From contig JAGWHC010000001.1 of NCBI GenBank assembly GCA_028867025.1, positions 187,695 through 251,694 on the forward strand: a stretch of DNA of 64,000 nucleotides, written 5' to 3'. The notes under the pieces are model-generated. The model was not told the origin of the DNA. It worked only from the letters and a program-made list of their open reading frames with translations, and did no database searches. A program made the translations under genes and the position numbers. The stretch is from Candidatus Micrarchaeota archaeon. Lineage in GTDB: Archaea > Micrarchaeota > Micrarchaeia > Micrarchaeales > CABMGC01. Of the stretch, positions 62,307-64,000 are shown in pieces (position 1 is the stretch's first letter; each line of letters opens with the position of its first letter).

Positions 62307-64000
62307 TCCTTCTCCTTCCTCTCCTTAGCGAAGCCCACCCTTGTCGGGTCGAGTCCGTCTCCGCCGTAAATCGTCTCTATAACGTTGTTGTTCACGTCAC
62401 GCACGCTGTTGTCATGTAGCACGTAGTAGTCCTGCAGCGCGTTCGCGAGCCTCCTCTGAAGGTAGCCGCTCCTCTGCGTTAGCAGGCCCTTCTGTATGAC
62501 TGTTCCCCTGCCTCCGACCGCGTGCATCAGCATCTCTATAGGGCTCAGCCCGTCGAGGAAGCTGCTCTTGACGAAGCCCCTCGCCTCGGCGCTGGTGTCG
62601 TTCCTCGCTATGTGCGGCACGACCCTGTTGGTGTAGTAGCCGCGCTTGATCCTGCCTCCCTCCCTGCTCGCCTGCTGCCCCAGGAACATGCTCATCTGTT
62701 CCATGTTCAGTATGTTGGCCCTGGCTCCGGATGTTGCCATGAGCATTGCGAAGTTTGCCTGGTCGGTATCCCTGTTCAACATCTGTATCGCCTTCCCCCT
62801 GGCGAGGTCCAGCTCTACCATGATAGTCTGCTCGAGTGACTGCCTGAGCGTCATTCCGAGCAGCGGCTCCAGCTTCTTGCTCTTGTACTGCGAGATCAGG
62901 TCCCTTACCTTTGCCTCGGTCTCGGTTATGAGCGCCTCCTTCTCCTTCCTCATCTCCTCGGTTGGCATGTAGTCCTTTACTCCTATTGTCACGCCGTAGA
63001 GCGTCGAGTATGCGTATGCCAGCCTTGAAGACATAGCGAGGAACTCGCTAAGCGCATCGAGGCCGCACTGCATAGCCATTGCCGCGAAGAGCTTGTTTGA
63101 GCCTCCGCTGCCGTACATCTTCTTGTTTACCACTCCCTCGACCAGCTCGCTGTTCTTTATCTTGAACTTCTCGACCTCGAAGTCGAGGCCCTTGGGCAGA
63201 AGCATGGAGAAAACGCGCTTTCCGCTGTAGGTGCCGTCCCTCTCGGCCTTCGGCATCTCCCTTATTCCGGCCGCGCCGAGCAGGCACTCCGCTTCTCCCT
63301 TTTCAAGGCGCGTGTCGTCCTGGGTGAGCAGGTAGAGCCCGATCACGCCGTCCTCGCCGTTTGCTATTATAACGTTTCCGTCCCTGGGCGAGAATATCTG
63401 GTTCTGCACCGCCATAAGGTACTTTGCCTCTGCCTGCGCCTCAAGCGTCTGGGGTATGTGCAGGTTCATCTCGTCTCCGTCGAAGTCAGCGTTGTAGGGC
63501 GCTGTGGCCGGATACGTGATCCTGAACGTCTTCCCGGGCAGCACCTTCACCCTGTGCGCCATGATGCTTATCCTGTGCAGCGAGGGCTGCCTGTTGAACA
63601 GAGCTATGTCGCCGTCCTGCAGCTGCCTCTCTAGTATGTATCCAGGCTTTATCTCCTTTAGCAGGTCCTCCTTGTTGGTGTCGAGTATGCGCTTGCGCTT
63701 GCCGTCAAGGCCCACTATGTTGACCACCATCGGGTATTCGGCTTTTTCGAGCAGTTTCTTTGCAGCTTCAAGGTTCCACTCGGTCACGTAGAACGGCACG
63801 GTAAGCTTCTCCGCTATTGCCCTCGGCACGCCAACCTCGTCTACGTCTATCGCGGGGTCGACGCTTATCACGGTCCTCGCTGAGTAGTTCACCCTCTTTC
63901 CGGAGAGGTTGTACCTGAAGCGGCCTTCCTTGCCCTTCAGCCTCTGCGCTATCGTCTTGAGCGCCCTTCCGCTCCTGTGCCTCGCGGGCGGTATCCCGCT
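62303..64000 (-). CDS. rpoA1: DNA-directed RNA polymerase subunit A' (5' end beyond the window)
   Basis: The ORF-track start (63892) is an internal GTG. The frame stays open upstream (QRLKGKEGRFRYNLSGKRVNYSARTVISVDP) and contains the catalytic YNADFDGDEMNLH. Confidence 0.93.
   Translation of the reverse strand, partial: SGIPPARHRSGRALKTIAQRLKGKEGRFRYNLSGKRVNYSARTVISVDPAIDVDEVGVPRAIAEKLTVPFYVTEWNLEAAKKLLEKAEYPMVVNIVGLDGKRKRILDTNKEDLLKEIKPGYILERQLQDGDIALFNRQPSLHRISIMAHRVKVLPGKTFRITYPATAPYNADFDGDEMNLHIPQTLEAQAEAKYLMAVQNQIFSPRDGNVIIANGEDGVIGLYLLTQDDTRLEKGEAECLLGAAGIREMPKAERDGTYSGKRVFSMLLPKGLDFEVEKFKIKNSELVEGVVNKKMYGSGGSNKLFAAMAMQCGLDALSEFLAMSSRLAYAYSTLYGVTIGVKDYMPTEEMRKEKEALITETEAKVRDLISQYKSKKLEPLLGMTLRQSLEQTIMVELDLARGKAIQMLNRDTDQANFAMLMATSGARANILNMEQMSMFLGQQASREGGRIKRGYYTNRVVPHIARNDTSAEARGFVKSSFLDGLSPIEMLMHAVGGRGTVIQKGLLTQRSGYLQRRLANALQDYYVLHDNSVRDVNNNVIETIYGGDGLDPTRVGFAKERKEKE

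Noticed and set aside
1-64000. CRISPR arrays, cas genes, rRNA genes, long tandem or dispersed repeats
   Set aside because: Reading through all gaps showed no regularly spaced direct repeats. The only repeats seen are the 10-bp phased ATGTAT motif and the two related hairpins already reported. Low-complexity coding runs (the S/T-rich stretch near 11700, the G/Q-rich dnaK tail) explain the rest.

Overview
Gene-dense (about 90% coding) archaeal chromosomal segment. The archaeal assignment rests on split RNA polymerase A'/A'', TFB, MCM, family-B DNA polymerase, fibrillarin, an LSm protein, RtcB, an intron-containing tRNA, class-III (type IV pilin-like) signal peptides, and AT-rich TATA boxes about 25-30 nt upstream of many starts. 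I could not assign a lineage. All functional calls come from motif recognition in the translated ORFs; no database search was possible. I support about 80 CDS, including several absent from the ORF track: an open-ended carbamate kinase at 1..458, a 44-aa AbrB-like gene, a 34-aa metal-binding peptide gene, two small pilin-cluster genes, and the 5'-open rpoA1. I also support 5 tRNAs: Leu-CAA, His-GTG, Met-CAT with a 47-nt intron, Arg-TCG and Ala-GGC. I found no rRNA and no CRISPR array. The recognisable core includes rtcB, flpA, a histidine kinase and response regulator pair, lhr with its phosphoesterase, rnhA, copA, tfb, nfo, hmgA, mcm, rnhB, nrdJ, map, polB, the grpE-dnaK-dnaJ cluster and rpoA1/A2. 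The best candidate for an undescribed system is 5989..7545. It is an AT-rich, hairpin-bounded unit in which an IS200/IS605-type Y1 transposase is the last gene of a four-gene chain joined by 4-nt start/stop overlaps: Zn-ribbon protein, AbrB-like protein, unknown 140-aa protein, TnpA. There is no TnpB, and three ATGTAT repeats phased at 10 bp lie over the promoter. The second lead is a HerA/FtsK-like ATPase fused to a wHTH and a PD-(D/E)xK-like nuclease domain (33830..35461), placed back to back with an uncharacterised three-gene operon. Other leads are a wHTH-REC response regulator with a degenerate GGDEF (NGDDF) output, a five-gene pilin-like cluster with a structured leader, an unresolved 330-nt region that is either a structured RNA or a small ORF, tRNAs with C at T-loop position 55, a stand-alone metal-binding peptide upstream of a YHS-type CopA, a tandem paralog pair, a TFB with a 170-aa tail, and a mini-DnaJ.
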